DNA of 64,000 bases from Methanocorpusculum sp. (GTDB lineage: Archaea; Halobacteriota; Methanomicrobia; Methanomicrobiales; Methanocorpusculaceae): the NCBI GenBank assembly GCA_034932965.1, contig JAYFOG010000005.1, positions 3,296-67,295 on the forward strand. The letters run 5' to 3'. The notes under the pieces are model-generated. The model had not been told where the DNA came from. It saw nothing but the letters and a program-made list of their open reading frames with translations, and did no database searches. Below are positions 1-10,277 of this stretch, one piece after another. Made by a program: the position numbers and the translations under genes. Within the stretch, counting starts at the first letter, position 1, and each line of letters begins with the position of its first letter.

Positions 1-189
1 GTATCTCTGAGAAACTGGCTGAAAAAAGTATTGTCTTAACAGTGTTCTGACAATGCATTATTATTTATTTTTAAGTTTTTCTATACTTTTACCTCTATTA
101 TCATGATTATTCATGAGGAAATAAACCCTCCTTGCGACTTCCTGAATACTTAACTATAATTACTGCACATCCATATGTGTATATGAATA

Positions 190-1893
190 GTGGTGATAGG
201 ATTGGTCCGACATGCATTTTCATTAATAACACTCCTCTTTCTCGCAGTGCTCTGTATATTTGCTGCCGGCTGTATATATCCTGCATCCGCTGACCTCAAG
301 CCTGTATCTGAGGAACAGATCGAAGATATGAACGATGCCCTTCATCCGGTCATCCGAATCGTTGAGGATGATCTGGCATATGTTACCTCTTCATTGTGGG
401 AAACGGCCCGTCTCCTCGACGGCGTCCCGGCTGATGATCCGGCGGTCGAACTCGCCCTGTATGAACTCAGGAGCGAGCTTCCGCTCTCGATCGAGATAGG
501 AAGATTCGACAGAAACAATACGCTGATCTCTACGACCAGGTATCTCGATCCCTGGTGGGTCCCGGGTGTAACCAAGTCCAGGCTCAATTATCCGGTGGAT
601 GTACTTGAAGCCGCCGGTCCTTCCTGTGTGGTCTCTGATTTCTACCAGTACCAGGATGGAGACCAGGGGATCATGATCATTACACCCGTTTATGATGAAA
701 ACGGTGAGTATGACGGTGTTTTGAGGCTTTCCTATGATATAGACAGTTTGTTCTCCGGGCTGACGGAGTACCTCAAGAACGAATACGGCTATACGTTATG
801 GGTCATGCATACCACTGGTCTGAAGTTCTATGATGAAAACACCGTGGAGATCGGCAAATACCTGACGAGCGATCCTGCTTATCAGACGACCGAACTTCGA
901 ACTATGGTGAGCAGCGTTCTGACGAATCCGTCGGGAAACATCTCGTATCACTTCTATGATACATCCAGAGGGGAACAAACCCAGGTGAATGCTGTTTGGG
1001 ATTCGGCAGTTCTCGGATCCAGAAATGAATGGCGTATCGTTCTTACCGACAATGTTCCTGAGAAAACGGGAGCCGTCGGATCCGAAGTCACTGTCGGGGA
1101 GCTGAAGGCATTTGTCGAAAATGCCTATGTGTATGCACATAAAGTTGGAAAGACCGAGGCTCTTGCTGCATTCAATGATCCTAAGGGAAAGTTCATAGAC
1201 GGCGAACTGTATATTTTCGCCTATGATATGAATGGAACGGTGCTGGCTCTGCCTCACCAGCCGGATCTGATCGGAAAAAGCCGCTGGTATCTGCAGGATA
1301 CTACCGGGATCAAGTATATTCAGCGAGCGATTGCCCGTGCAAATCTCGGAGGAGGATTTGTGATGTCTCTGTACGAAAACCCGGCCAATAACTTCGTGAG
1401 CGAGCTGAAGCTTTCCTACGTGATGGCTGTTGACGATACGTGGTTCTTGGCGTCGGGCATTTATCTGCACGATGAGCCGTTTTCGAACGGATCGTATGTC
1501 GACTGGAAAGAACGTGAGGAGCTTGTCCGTCAGGTGAGGGGTATGGATTATCTCGCGATCGTTGAGGGTGTACCTGCCGTAACGGCTATGATAAACGATC
1601 CTGCCGGCGCTCTGCATACCCAGAAGGGATTATATCCGTTCGCGATCATGGAAGACGGCATGGTGCTGGCATATTCGATGGATCCATCGCTCGTTGGTAC
1701 GAATCAGCTGAGTATGAGCAATTCGTATGGAATGTCGGTCACGCGTGATGTGATTTCATTATCACAGAACGGAGGCGGACTTATGTATTCCATGGTCCGT
1801 GACCCGGTGACGGATCAGGAAGTTTATGTCCTGATATATGTGGAGCCTGCGGACGATACGACATATTTCGGAAGCATGCTGGTTCTGGGCTGA
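190..1893 (+). CDS. Cache-domain extracellular (lipo)protein
   Basis: Hydrophobic N-terminus with lipobox-like AAGC. dCache-like region followed by sCache_2-type repeats (AFNDPKGKFIDGELYIFAYDMNGTVLALP). No cytoplasmic output domain. Confidence 0.75.
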   Translation: MVIGLVRHAFSLITLLFLAVLCIFAAGCIYPASADLKPVSEEQIEDMNDALHPVIRIVEDDLAYVTSSLWETARLLDGVPADDPAVELALYELRSELPLSIEIGRFDRNNTLISTTRYLDPWWVPGVTKSRLNYPVDVLEAAGPSCVVSDFYQYQDGDQGIMIITPVYDENGEYDGVLRLSYDIDSLFSGLTEYLKNEYGYTLWVMHTTGLKFYDENTVEIGKYLTSDPAYQTTELRTMVSSVLTNPSGNISYHFYDTSRGEQTQVNAVWDSAVLGSRNEWRIVLTDNVPEKTGAVGSEVTVGELKAFVENAYVYAHKVGKTEALAAFNDPKGKFIDGELYIFAYDMNGTVLALPHQPDLIGKSRWYLQDTTGIKYIQRAIARANLGGGFVMSLYENPANNFVSELKLSYVMAVDDTWFLASGIYLHDEPFSNGSYVDWKEREELVRQVRGMDYLAIVEGVPAVTAMINDPAGALHTQKGLYPFAIMEDGMVLAYSMDPSLVGTNQLSMSNSYGMSVTRDVISLSQNGGGLMYSMVRDPVTDQEVYVLIYVEPADDTTYFGSMLVLG

Positions 1894-1998
1894 TCATTCA
1901 GCCTGCTGCCGGCTATTTTTAGTTATTTTTCAACTTACCAAAGTTACAGACCCTGCGGTCACGATCCCGGGAATATAATAAACAGAACACAGCCTCTT

Positions 1999-2160
1999 CT
2001 ACTTCATAAGCAGATGGTTTGCCAGTTTGATAAACAGACATTCACCTGTGCTCAGCTCGTAGAATGTATCGGCTTTTTTATCGATTTTTGCATCGGCGCG
2101 CCAGAACTTACACTGCTTTCCCATGCATCGCTCCTGTGTCAACGGACAAATAAAACCCAT
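1999..2160 (-). CDS. Small Cys-rich protein, 53 aa (not in ORF track)
   Basis: Manual translation MGFICPLTQERCMGKQCKFWRADAKIDKKADTFYELSTGECLFIKLANHLLMK*. Four Cys; AT-rich TATA-like stretch about 25-30 bp upstream. Confidence 0.6.
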   Translation of the reverse strand: MGFICPLTQERCMGKQCKFWRADAKIDKKADTFYELSTGECLFIKLANHLLMK

Positions 2161-2258
2161 TACTGAGAACTAGGACCGCAGGTAATAAATATGCATCGGA
2201 ATTCAATTTCGTGTAAGGCATTAGTGTGGGCTTATTTGCGGTTAAATAATTTCTTGTG

Positions 2259-2328
2259 TCCACACCCATCAACCTCCTTCCCAAATTGGATCCGCATCAA
2301 CACCGCGTAAGTCCTATTCTAAAAAAAA
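2259..2328. repeat. Dispersed CACCGCGTAAGTCCTA-family repeat, long copy
   Basis: About 65 bp similar to the reverse complement of 26091-26157. Core also at 32138, 47792 and 59306. Confidence 0.75.
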
Positions 2329-2344
2329 GATTGGGTATTTTCGG

Positions 2345-3232
2345 TTATAACGAGATCATCGAGGCTGTTATCATCGTTCCAACGCCGTCGTTCGTGAAAA
2401 GTTCCAGAAGCAGATTATGCTCGGAATTTCCATTCAGGATGTGTGCTCCTTCAACTCCGTGGCGAACCGCGTTCACGCTTGCCTCAAGCTTTGGGATCAT
2501 CCCGCCTGAAATCGTTCCGTCCGACATAAGGGCGTCCACATTTTTCAAGGTGAGTCTGTGGAAGATCTCAGTCCGGTCTTTATTCATTACACCGTCTACA
2601 TCCGTCAGCGAGATCAGCTTGAACGCCTTTAATGCGACCGCGATCTCTCCTGCCATCGTATCGGCATTGATGTTTAAGTCGTTTCCTTTCCGGTCGAGGG
2701 CGAGCGGGGAAATGACCGGGATATACCCTGCATCCAGAAGGGTCTCAAGAAGTTTCGAGTTGATCTCCTTCACGTCTCCGACAAATCCAAGATCCACATC
2801 CACCTCCTCATCGCCGACCATCATTTTTCGAAGGGGCATCTTCTCTGCAATGACGAGACCCCCGTCGTTTCCTGAGATGCCGACACCCTTTGCGCCGTTC
2901 TTTGCGATCATCGAAACGATCATATTGCTGATCTTTCCGGCAAGGACCATCTGGGCGATCTCGAGTGTTTCTTCATCCGTCACACGAAGACCGCCGACAA
3001 ATTTCGCCTCTTTTCCCAGGGCCTTCATCTTCAGCGTGATCTCCGGTCCGCCGCCGTGGACGAGGACCACACGCATCCCCACGTAGTGGAGAAGAACCGC
3101 GTCCTGAACGACCGAGTTCATGATGGCCGGATCGACCATGGCGTGACCGCCGAGTTTGACGACGATCGTTTTTTTGTGGAACTTCCGGATGTAAGGAAGT
3201 GCCTCCATTAACACACTTTGTCTATTGTTCAT
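2345..3232 (-). CDS. argB: Acetylglutamate kinase
   Basis: [29 protein letters not shown] motifs. ATG at 3232 overlaps the argJ stop (ATGA). Confidence 0.96.
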   Translation of the reverse strand: MNNRQSVLMEALPYIRKFHKKTIVVKLGGHAMVDPAIMNSVVQDAVLLHYVGMRVVLVHGGGPEITLKMKALGKEAKFVGGLRVTDEETLEIAQMVLAGKISNMIVSMIAKNGAKGVGISGNDGGLVIAEKMPLRKMMVGDEEVDVDLGFVGDVKEINSKLLETLLDAGYIPVISPLALDRKGNDLNINADTMAGEIAVALKAFKLISLTDVDGVMNKDRTEIFHRLTLKNVDALMSDGTISGGMIPKLEASVNAVRHGVEGAHILNGNSEHNLLLELFTNDGVGTMITASMISL

Positions 3233-4392
3233 GTTGTATACTTCCCGTTGATCTCTACGTATTTTTCCGTGAGGTCGCAGCCCCACGCGGTGGCTTGTTT
3301 GTTTCCCGACTCAAGCATAAGGGTGAACACCACATGGTCGCCTGCCATCGCAGCTTTCGCCCGTGCAAGGTCGGCCGTGATGGCCCCGTTTTTCACTAAC
3401 TGGGTCTCACTTTCTCCTTCGCCAATCGAAAGAGACAGCTCCTCGACCGTGAAGTCTACGCCGGAATATCCTGCGGCACAGACAACTCTGCCCCAGTTTG
3501 GATCCTCGCCGTAGATCGCGCTTTTCACCAGAGGCGAGGTGATGACCGATTTTGCGATTTTTTCTGCATCGCGTTCGCGTTTGCAGCCGAACACCTTGAC
3601 TTCCAGCATCTTTGTCGCACCCTCTCCGTCGGCTGCGATCTGCTTTGCAAGGCTGATGCAGACTGTTTCCAGTGCTTTGGAAAACTCGGTCATCGGGACC
3701 TTGCCCGCTTCCCCGGTTGCGGTACAGAAGAGCGAGTCGTTAGTGCTTTCATCTCCGTCTACGACAACTCTGTTCAGACTCCGTTTCACTGCGGATTTCA
3801 GACTTGCCTGAAGCTGTTTTGCTGAGATCTCCGCGTCGGTGTAGACGAAAGAAAGCATTGTCCCCATGTTCGGTGCGATCATTCCAGATCCTTTGCAGAT
3901 ACCGGCGACGGTATATCCTTCGCGGCGCACAATGGCGTGCTTCTCTTTCGTATCGGTCGTCATGATCGCTTTTGCCGCCGCGGTCTCCGCTTCGGGGGAG
4001 TGTGCGAGTTTCCCGGCGACCTGCCCGGCCTGCCGTCTGATCAGGTCGAGATCAAGATATCGTCCGATAACTCCGGTGCTTGCAACTCCGCATTCGAGTT
4101 CGCTGATCCCGAGTGCCTCTGCCCCGATCGCAGCCATTTTTTCCGCATCGGAAAATCCCTGCTTCCCGGTATATGCATTGGCACAGCCGGAGTTTACGAT
4201 GACCCCTGCGAGTTTTCCGCGTTTGGTCCGCTCCGCCATCAGGTTGACGACCGGTGCACGGACCTTGTTTTTCGTGAAGACCGCTGCTCCGGTTCCGGAT
4301 GCCTGGATGAGGGCAAGTCCGTACTTTCCCTCTTTCATACCCCAGGCGTTCACCCCTTCCACGGCGCAGATGCTTCTGAAATCCTGAGTCAT
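3229..4392 (-). CDS. argJ: Ornithine acetyltransferase / N-acetylglutamate synthase
   Basis: [48 protein letters not shown] motifs. Confidence 0.97.
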   Translation of the reverse strand: MTQDFRSICAVEGVNAWGMKEGKYGLALIQASGTGAAVFTKNKVRAPVVNLMAERTKRGKLAGVIVNSGCANAYTGKQGFSDAEKMAAIGAEALGISELECGVASTGVIGRYLDLDLIRRQAGQVAGKLAHSPEAETAAAKAIMTTDTKEKHAIVRREGYTVAGICKGSGMIAPNMGTMLSFVYTDAEISAKQLQASLKSAVKRSLNRVVVDGDESTNDSLFCTATGEAGKVPMTEFSKALETVCISLAKQIAADGEGATKMLEVKVFGCKRERDAEKIAKSVITSPLVKSAIYGEDPNWGRVVCAAGYSGVDFTVEELSLSIGEGESETQLVKNGAITADLARAKAAMAGDHVVFTLMLESGNKQATAWGCDLTEKYVEINGKYTT

Positions 4393-5381
4393 GGGAACAT
4401 CCCCGGCATTCTGAGACCTTCGGCTTCATCGAATCCGCACATGATGTTCATGTTTTGGACCGCCTGGCCTGCTGCTCCTTTTACAAGGTTGTCTATTGCC
4501 GATACGGCGACGAGCCGTGTTCCGTCATTTTCCAGCTCGAAGTTGATGTCGCAGAAGTTGGATCCTCTGACCCCGCCGAGTTTTGCAGGCTGCAGCCGGA
4601 CAAACTGTTCATTTTTGTAGAAGTTCTGATAGAGTTTCTGTATCATTTCCAGCTCCATTGGTTCGTTGAAGAGAATATGTGCGGTCGTTATGATCCCCCG
4701 TATCGCGGGCAGAAGGTGGGGGGTGAAGTAGACGTTTGCTTTCGATCCGAGGAATGTCGCCTCCTGGCGCATCTCCGGCAGATGTCTGTGTGCAGTTATT
4801 TTATAGGGAAGGATGTTTTCAGCAACGTTTGGGAAGTGCGTGGTTTCCGAGATCGAGTCGCCCGCTCCGGAAACCCCGGTCTTCGAATCATAAATTATCG
4901 TGTGGGCAAGTTTTGCCACCGGGGCGGCAGCAAGGGTCGCTCCGGTCGGAAAACAGCCGGGGTTTGCCACAAAGTCTGCATTTTTCACATCTTTGCGGTG
5001 AATTTCGGGCATGCCGTATGGTGCTTCGAAGTAATCAGAGTGTTTCACCCCGTAGGTTTTTTCATAGATCTCTCTTGGCAGACGGTAGTCCGCGGAGAAG
5101 TCGACCGTTTTTATGCCGCACTCTTTCAGTTTCCCGGCATACTGCATAGCAGCGGTATGGGGAACCGCGAGGAATGCAAAATCCGCATCGAGGTTTTCGA
5201 TATCAGGATTTGTGTAATCGAGGTCGATGAGATTTTTCAGGTGGATGTGATCTTTGGTTACCGGGGTGCCTGCCAGCTTCCGTGACGTGGCACAGACTAT
5301 GTCTGCTTCCTTGTGAGTAAGCAGAAGTCTGATGAGGTCGCCCCCGGCATAACCGGATGCTCCGATAATCGCTATATCCAT
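4389..5381 (-). CDS. argC: N-acetyl-gamma-glutamyl-phosphate reductase
   Basis: [42 protein letters not shown] motifs. Confidence 0.97.
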   Translation of the reverse strand: MDIAIIGASGYAGGDLIRLLLTHKEADIVCATSRKLAGTPVTKDHIHLKNLIDLDYTNPDIENLDADFAFLAVPHTAAMQYAGKLKECGIKTVDFSADYRLPREIYEKTYGVKHSDYFEAPYGMPEIHRKDVKNADFVANPGCFPTGATLAAAPVAKLAHTIIYDSKTGVSGAGDSISETTHFPNVAENILPYKITAHRHLPEMRQEATFLGSKANVYFTPHLLPAIRGIITTAHILFNEPMELEMIQKLYQNFYKNEQFVRLQPAKLGGVRGSNFCDINFELENDGTRLVAVSAIDNLVKGAAGQAVQNMNIMCGFDEAEGLRMPGMFP

Positions 5382-5416
5382 ACGTAAATTATTGGTTTAC
5401 AACTAGTTTAAAGATG

Positions 5417-6346
5417 TTATTCCCCTGACTCTTCGTCCGGGATTTCGCTCTTCCGGTTCATGAGTTTTTCTGCAAGATCTGCAAAGATCCCTGCCCGTTC
5501 GAGTGCGGGGATCATCTCCTCAGGAAGGGCCGATAACCCGAATCTGGCCCCGGTAAACGCTCCGCACAAAAGTGAGACTGTGTCGGCGTTCGCTCCGCAA
5601 GTCGAGGACATCCCAAGCAGCTCACGCGGAATAAAATAGCGTCTGCAGAAGAAAACCGCAAGCGGAAGCGTCTGGTAAATGGAGGAGGAGTTCCCAATAA
5701 TACTCGCGGCATCGGCCGTAGGCATCCCCGTTTTTTCAATTCTTACGGCATTGGCGATCTTACCTGCGAGCATGGGATCCATATTTTCCGCTGCGGTGAA
5801 AAGCGCTGAAAATGCCGCTTCAACATCGCTCGTTTCAAGAAGAGTGTTCAAAAAAAGGGCGTATCCGATCACGCCCGCGTGTACTCCCGGGTGCGTGTGG
5901 GTCACCGAACAGGCAGTCAAAAGCTCCTTTGCCATCTCTTTTCGGTCTTTGTATGCGAGGGCAAAAGGAATCGCAAGGCCTAGACACCCGGTACTGTCTG
6001 AATATATTCCTGAACCGGTGAGATCGCCTGTTTTCTCCATTTTTTTGCATGCGGCAAACGTCGTTCCGTCCGGGTATCTGAATTTCTGTAAGGTATAGGT
6101 TTTGAGAAGCTCTTTTGCATATTCGGTATTGTCCCAGTCGCCTTCTGCGAGGATGCGCGACGCGATGAGGATCAGCTGTCCGTCGTCTGTGTATTGGCCA
6201 GGGAGGAGATCATGATTCGGATGACCTTTGTATGCCCGGGCAAAGGAGGGGGCTGTTGATAAACGTGCGGTGGTCGTCTCGTTCGGCATCCCGAGGGCGT
6301 CACCAAGGATAGCTCCGACGAGACATCCTTTGTATCTATTCAGCAT
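5417..6346 (-). CDS. ADP-ribosylglycohydrolase family protein
   Basis: GAILGDALGMP, GQYTDDGQL, VTH and NADT motifs. Confidence 0.9.
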   Translation of the reverse strand: MLNRYKGCLVGAILGDALGMPNETTTARLSTAPSFARAYKGHPNHDLLPGQYTDDGQLILIASRILAEGDWDNTEYAKELLKTYTLQKFRYPDGTTFAACKKMEKTGDLTGSGIYSDSTGCLGLAIPFALAYKDRKEMAKELLTACSVTHTHPGVHAGVIGYALFLNTLLETSDVEAAFSALFTAAENMDPMLAGKIANAVRIEKTGMPTADAASIIGNSSSIYQTLPLAVFFCRRYFIPRELLGMSSTCGANADTVSLLCGAFTGARFGLSALPEEMIPALERAGIFADLAEKLMNRKSEIPDEESGE

Positions 6347-6399
6347 GATGTATTATTGAGAGGGGTTTATGTTAATTGTTATGGTTGGTTTTTCGGCGG

Positions 6400-6520
6400 G
6401 AGCTTTAGCTCTCTTAGCCGAGGCGGACCGTCACGGAGGGGCGGTCTTAGCTGAGCAAGGCTTTGCCTTGCGACCAAGTTTTTGAAGGAAACTTGCGATC
6501 ACGGCGCTCCTCACGCTATC
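6400..6520. repeat. Cluster of small palindromic repeats
   Basis: The reverse complement contains TCGCAAGGCAAAGCCTTGCT (as at 11300) and CCGCCTCGGCTAAG (as at 59382), plus the hairpin GAGCTTTAGCTC. Confidence 0.7.
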
Positions 6521-6550
6521 TATATCCCCGCAAACCTCCCATATTAGATT

Positions 6551-7384
6551 ATGCACTGGTATGGGGAGGCCAAAGATCTGTCGACAGATCCGGAGGAATG
6601 CGAAGAACGGGTACTGAATACAACTACAATACCGTCCGTTCTTTGCAACTGGGAGGATCTTAGAGAGGCTGGTCTGGTTTTAACCAGAGAAGAATATATC
6701 CGGGGGGTCAGAGAGATCTCTATTTCCCTCGCGATGAAAGGCATTGCCCTGGATCTTGATAAAAAAGATGCAGCCCTTCTCCAGATGGTCCGGACCCTCG
6801 ACGAGATGGATGATGTGATCAACCTTCTCACAGAAAGGGTGACCGACTGGCATGCAGCGGTAACGCCCGGGACGTCCCACAAATATACGCGGGCAAACGG
6901 CCCCCGCCTCGTCCAGAAGATCGCAAAGTCCGGGAGTCCGTCCTTAAAGCGTGTAGCAAGAGAGATCCTCTCCCTTTCCGGGGTCAGGACCGATCTGATG
7001 AAGGAGGTCTCCCGGGAAGCGGTCGTCGTTATCCCGAATATGAGCGCTCTTGTGGGCGGGCTTGTTGCTGCCCGGCTGATTTCTCGTGCCGGAGGGCTTG
7101 AAGCGACAGCAAAAATGCCGGGTTCGTCCATCCAGGTGATCGGCGCCGAATCAGCTCTCTTCTCCCACATCAGGACCGGGTCGTCTTCGCCGAAACATGG
7201 GATCATCTTCCAGCACCGGCGTGTCCACAATGCCCAAAAGGAGGTCCGGGGAAAAGTTGCCCGTCAGCTTGCGGCGAAACTGGCGATCGCCGCCCGTCTG
7301 GATCTGTACCGGGGCGAACTGGATGCTGAATTTGTCGAGCAGGCGAATGCCAAGATCGACAGCATTTTTGGAGGAGAGTCATGA
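6551..7384 (+). CDS. nop5: Nop5/Nop56 box C/D sRNP protein
   Basis: Nop domain (IQVIGAESALF, SPKHGIIF, RGKVARQLAAKLAIAARLD). Overlaps the fibrillarin start. Confidence 0.93.
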   Translation: MHWYGEAKDLSTDPEECEERVLNTTTIPSVLCNWEDLREAGLVLTREEYIRGVREISISLAMKGIALDLDKKDAALLQMVRTLDEMDDVINLLTERVTDWHAAVTPGTSHKYTRANGPRLVQKIAKSGSPSLKRVAREILSLSGVRTDLMKEVSREAVVVIPNMSALVGGLVAARLISRAGGLEATAKMPGSSIQVIGAESALFSHIRTGSSSPKHGIIFQHRRVHNAQKEVRGKVARQLAAKLAIAARLDLYRGELDAEFVEQANAKIDSIFGGES

Positions 7385-7983
7385 TCGACATAAAAGGCAC
7401 ACTTGTCTCGGAAGGACCGGGAGGGGTTTATAATGAGCGGATGCTTGGAAACCTCCGCGTCTGGGATCCGTACCGCAGCAAACTGGCCGCCCTCTGGTAT
7501 CTGGACAAGACCGCCACCCTCGAAAAGGATGAGGTCGTTCTTTATCTCGGAGCGGCAAACGGGACGACCGTTTCCCATGTGGCGGACTATGTGGAATCAG
7601 TATACGCAGTAGAGTTTGCTCCCCGCCCGATGGAGGATCTCCTGGCAGTCGCAAAAAAACGTAAGAACATCGTTCCGATCTACTCGGATGCGACCCGCCC
7701 GGTTCTGTACTCCGCCCTCCTTGAACCGGTCGATCTGCTTTATCAGGATGTTGCCCAGCCAAATCAGGCAGGTATCGCGGTGAAGCATCTGCCGTTTTTA
7801 AAGTCAGGCGGCCGTCTGATTTTGATGCTGAAGACCCGGAGCGTGGATATCAGAAAGTCCGCAGACGAGGTGTTTGCCGATACGTGTGCGGAGCTGACGG
7901 CCGGCGGGTATCTGGTGGAAAAAAGCGTGTGGCTGGATCCTTATCATAAGGATCATGCGGCGATCGTCTGCAGAAAGGTCTGA
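7381..7983 (+). CDS. flpA: Fibrillarin-like rRNA/tRNA 2'-O-methyltransferase
   Basis: WDPYRSKLAA, VLYLGAANGTTVSHVAD, YQDVAQPNQ motifs. Confidence 0.96.
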   Translation: MIDIKGTLVSEGPGGVYNERMLGNLRVWDPYRSKLAALWYLDKTATLEKDEVVLYLGAANGTTVSHVADYVESVYAVEFAPRPMEDLLAVAKKRKNIVPIYSDATRPVLYSALLEPVDLLYQDVAQPNQAGIAVKHLPFLKSGGRLILMLKTRSVDIRKSADEVFADTCAELTAGGYLVEKSVWLDPYHKDHAAIVCRKV

Positions 7984-8123
7984 GCTGCTGATTTCAGCCC
8001 TCGCTTGAATCCCGCCCTTTTGGCTCCCAGAATCGGATCTGCTTATCCTCACTTGAACTCGGCGTGGAGCATCCCGCGGTGGAGAGATCTTATTTTTGAA
8101 ATCCTGAGAGGGTTTTCTCTCGG

Positions 8124-8322
8124 TTATTTCCCGACAAACTTTTCCCGCAGCATCATCTGGACCTCCGGCGATTCCAGGGCCTGCAGGATCCGAAACGTCA
8201 TATCGTCGACGCCCATATCCCGGCGGGGCATCATCTCCTTCGCACAGCTCCTTGATCTTTTGGTAATACTTAGGACTGATCCGAAATCCTATCTGCTCTT
8301 TTTTGCTTTCGACGGTGACCAT
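8124..8322 (-). pseudogene. Frameshifted small ribbon-helix-helix-like regulator
   Basis: The N-part MVTVESKKEQIGFRISPKYYQKIKELCEGDDAP continues in another frame as RDMGVDDMTFRILQALESPEVQMMLREKFVGK*. The expected second RHH helix is missing. Confidence 0.45.
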
Positions 8323-8663
8323 TATTATGAACATTAGTATGTCAATTTGATAACACAAAGATATCCCGCATTCAAACTCAAGCAGAATCCACGACTCGAT
8401 CCTGAATCAAAATCCCGTCCTTTACTCACCACCTCGCTCACTGACCACCCCGTTTCCGCAAAAAGCGGAGGCATTATCGACTTGCAAATCAGAGATTTGC
8501 TCAGCGCGCGCGGTCAGGGGTTTATATCGGCATATGCTGATCTAGTATATCTGTTAGAAAAAGACAATGAATCAGAAGTTGATTTCACCTTTTTCGAGAA
8601 AGATGTTCTCTACTTTTCAGGAATAACCTACAATAACCTTTAACATAAAAGTACGACCAACAA

Positions 8664-10256
8664 ATGTTCATTATGGCAGAGGGGGATGAACCGGTCTATA
8701 ACGTCAGGGACAGGGTGCCTTTGGGAACGATGCTTCTTACGATCCTGCAGCATTTCTTCGTTCTTGCCGTGTATATGACATATCCGGTCATCATCAGCAA
8801 TTCGATCGGGGGTTCAACGGATCTGACGATGTTTCTGATCAGTGCAACCCTGATCGGTTCGGGGATCGCGACGATCCTTCAGTCTTTTTCGAAGACGGGG
8901 GCGGGGTATCTTCTGCCGATGGTGCCGAATTCATCGTATCTGCCCGCATCTCTTCTTGCAGCGACGGCCGGAGGACTTCCTCTTCTGTATGGAATGCTGA
9001 TCCTTTCGGGATTGTTCGAGATGGTGATCAGCCGGTTCACGAGGTTTTTCCGGATCGTGTTCCCAAACGAAGTTACGGGCGTCGTTTTGTTTCTTCTGGG
9101 TGTCGCTATCGTTCCGTTTGCGTTCCCGCTGTTTTTCGGGAGCGCAGACTCAGGACCGCTGGATCCGGCATCGACGGCAGTCGGCGTTATCACGCTATCT
9201 TCGACGATCCTCCTAAGCGTGATCCCGAGACGGTTTTTCAAGTTCTATGCGATTCTGATCGGTATCGTGATCGGAATGCTGGCATCTGTTCTTCTTGGGG
9301 TGTTCCGCCTCGAGACCCTGCTGGAGATCGGGAGCCTGTCGGTGTTCTGGATCCCGGATCCGATTGGGATCGTGTCGTATTCGTTTGATTTTGCTCTGCT
9401 GATCCCGTTTCTGATCGCAATGATCTGCGTGATGCTGAAGTCGGTCGGAAACATTTCGCTTCTGAATGCCTACACGAAGGAGGGAGAGAAGAATACGCTG
9501 AAAAACGCGCTGATGTCGGAGGGTGCGGGGGTCGCGATCGCCGGAGCTTTGGGCGGTATCGGGATCGGGTCGTCTTCGGGAGCGACGGGACTCGTTGTGG
9601 GGACGGGGATCGCAGCAAAAAGGGTGGGACTTGGCCTGGGGGTATTTCTGATCCTGTGCGGATTTTTGCCGGCGATCGGCTGGGTGTTCCATATTCTGCC
9701 TAAGCCGATTCTTGGAGCGACGCTTTTGTATGCGGTGACGTTTGTGATGATCACCGGTATCCAGAGTATTTCGTCACGGATGCTGGATCCCCGGCGGAAG
9801 TTTGTGGTGATCCTGCCGATTTTGATCGGGGTGTCGTCGGCGGTCTGTCCGTATCTGTATGCTGAACTGCCGAAGACTTTGGCATTGTTTTTCGCGTCGC
9901 CGCTGACGTCGGGGTCGATGGCGGTCCTGGCGCTCGGACTTGTGCTCAGAATCGGTATCAAAAAGCGCCGGTCGTTTGATTTTTCGAAAGGCGGGAGTCT
10001 GCAGAAGTTCCTGATGGAGTGCGGAAGGGAGTGGACGCTTGATAAGATGCAGGCGGCGGCGATCGCGGATCATCTGCAGGATCTGGCGGATGCCGGGGAG
10101 CCGGAGAGGCTTGATCTGCGGTTCGATCCGATCGGGATGCTGAAAGCGGAGATGGTTTTCAAAGAGCCGGCCGGGGATGTGCCGAAGGTCAGCGGAGGAC
10201 GGGGGAATATCGAGACGGAGGGGCGGATCGTTCGGGCGAGCTATCCGCTGATGTGA
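8664..10256 (+). CDS. NCS2 xanthine/uracil permease family transporter
   Basis: Multi-TM protein with TILQH, FPNEVTGVV, LPKPILG motifs and a soluble C-terminal extension. Confidence 0.88.
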   Translation: MFIMAEGDEPVYNVRDRVPLGTMLLTILQHFFVLAVYMTYPVIISNSIGGSTDLTMFLISATLIGSGIATILQSFSKTGAGYLLPMVPNSSYLPASLLAATAGGLPLLYGMLILSGLFEMVISRFTRFFRIVFPNEVTGVVLFLLGVAIVPFAFPLFFGSADSGPLDPASTAVGVITLSSTILLSVIPRRFFKFYAILIGIVIGMLASVLLGVFRLETLLEIGSLSVFWIPDPIGIVSYSFDFALLIPFLIAMICVMLKSVGNISLLNAYTKEGEKNTLKNALMSEGAGVAIAGALGGIGIGSSSGATGLVVGTGIAAKRVGLGLGVFLILCGFLPAIGWVFHILPKPILGATLLYAVTFVMITGIQSISSRMLDPRRKFVVILPILIGVSSAVCPYLYAELPKTLALFFASPLTSGSMAVLALGLVLRIGIKKRRSFDFSKGGSLQKFLMECGREWTLDKMQAAAIADHLQDLADAGEPERLDLRFDPIGMLKAEMVFKEPAGDVPKVSGGRGNIETEGRIVRASYPLM

Positions 10257-10277
10257 GGGGGATGCTCTACCTTTTTC

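Noticed and set aside
2207-2235. dif/pdif-like Xer site (ATTTCGTGTAAGG..)
   Set aside because: Only one arm resembles XerC sites, with no correctly spaced second arm.
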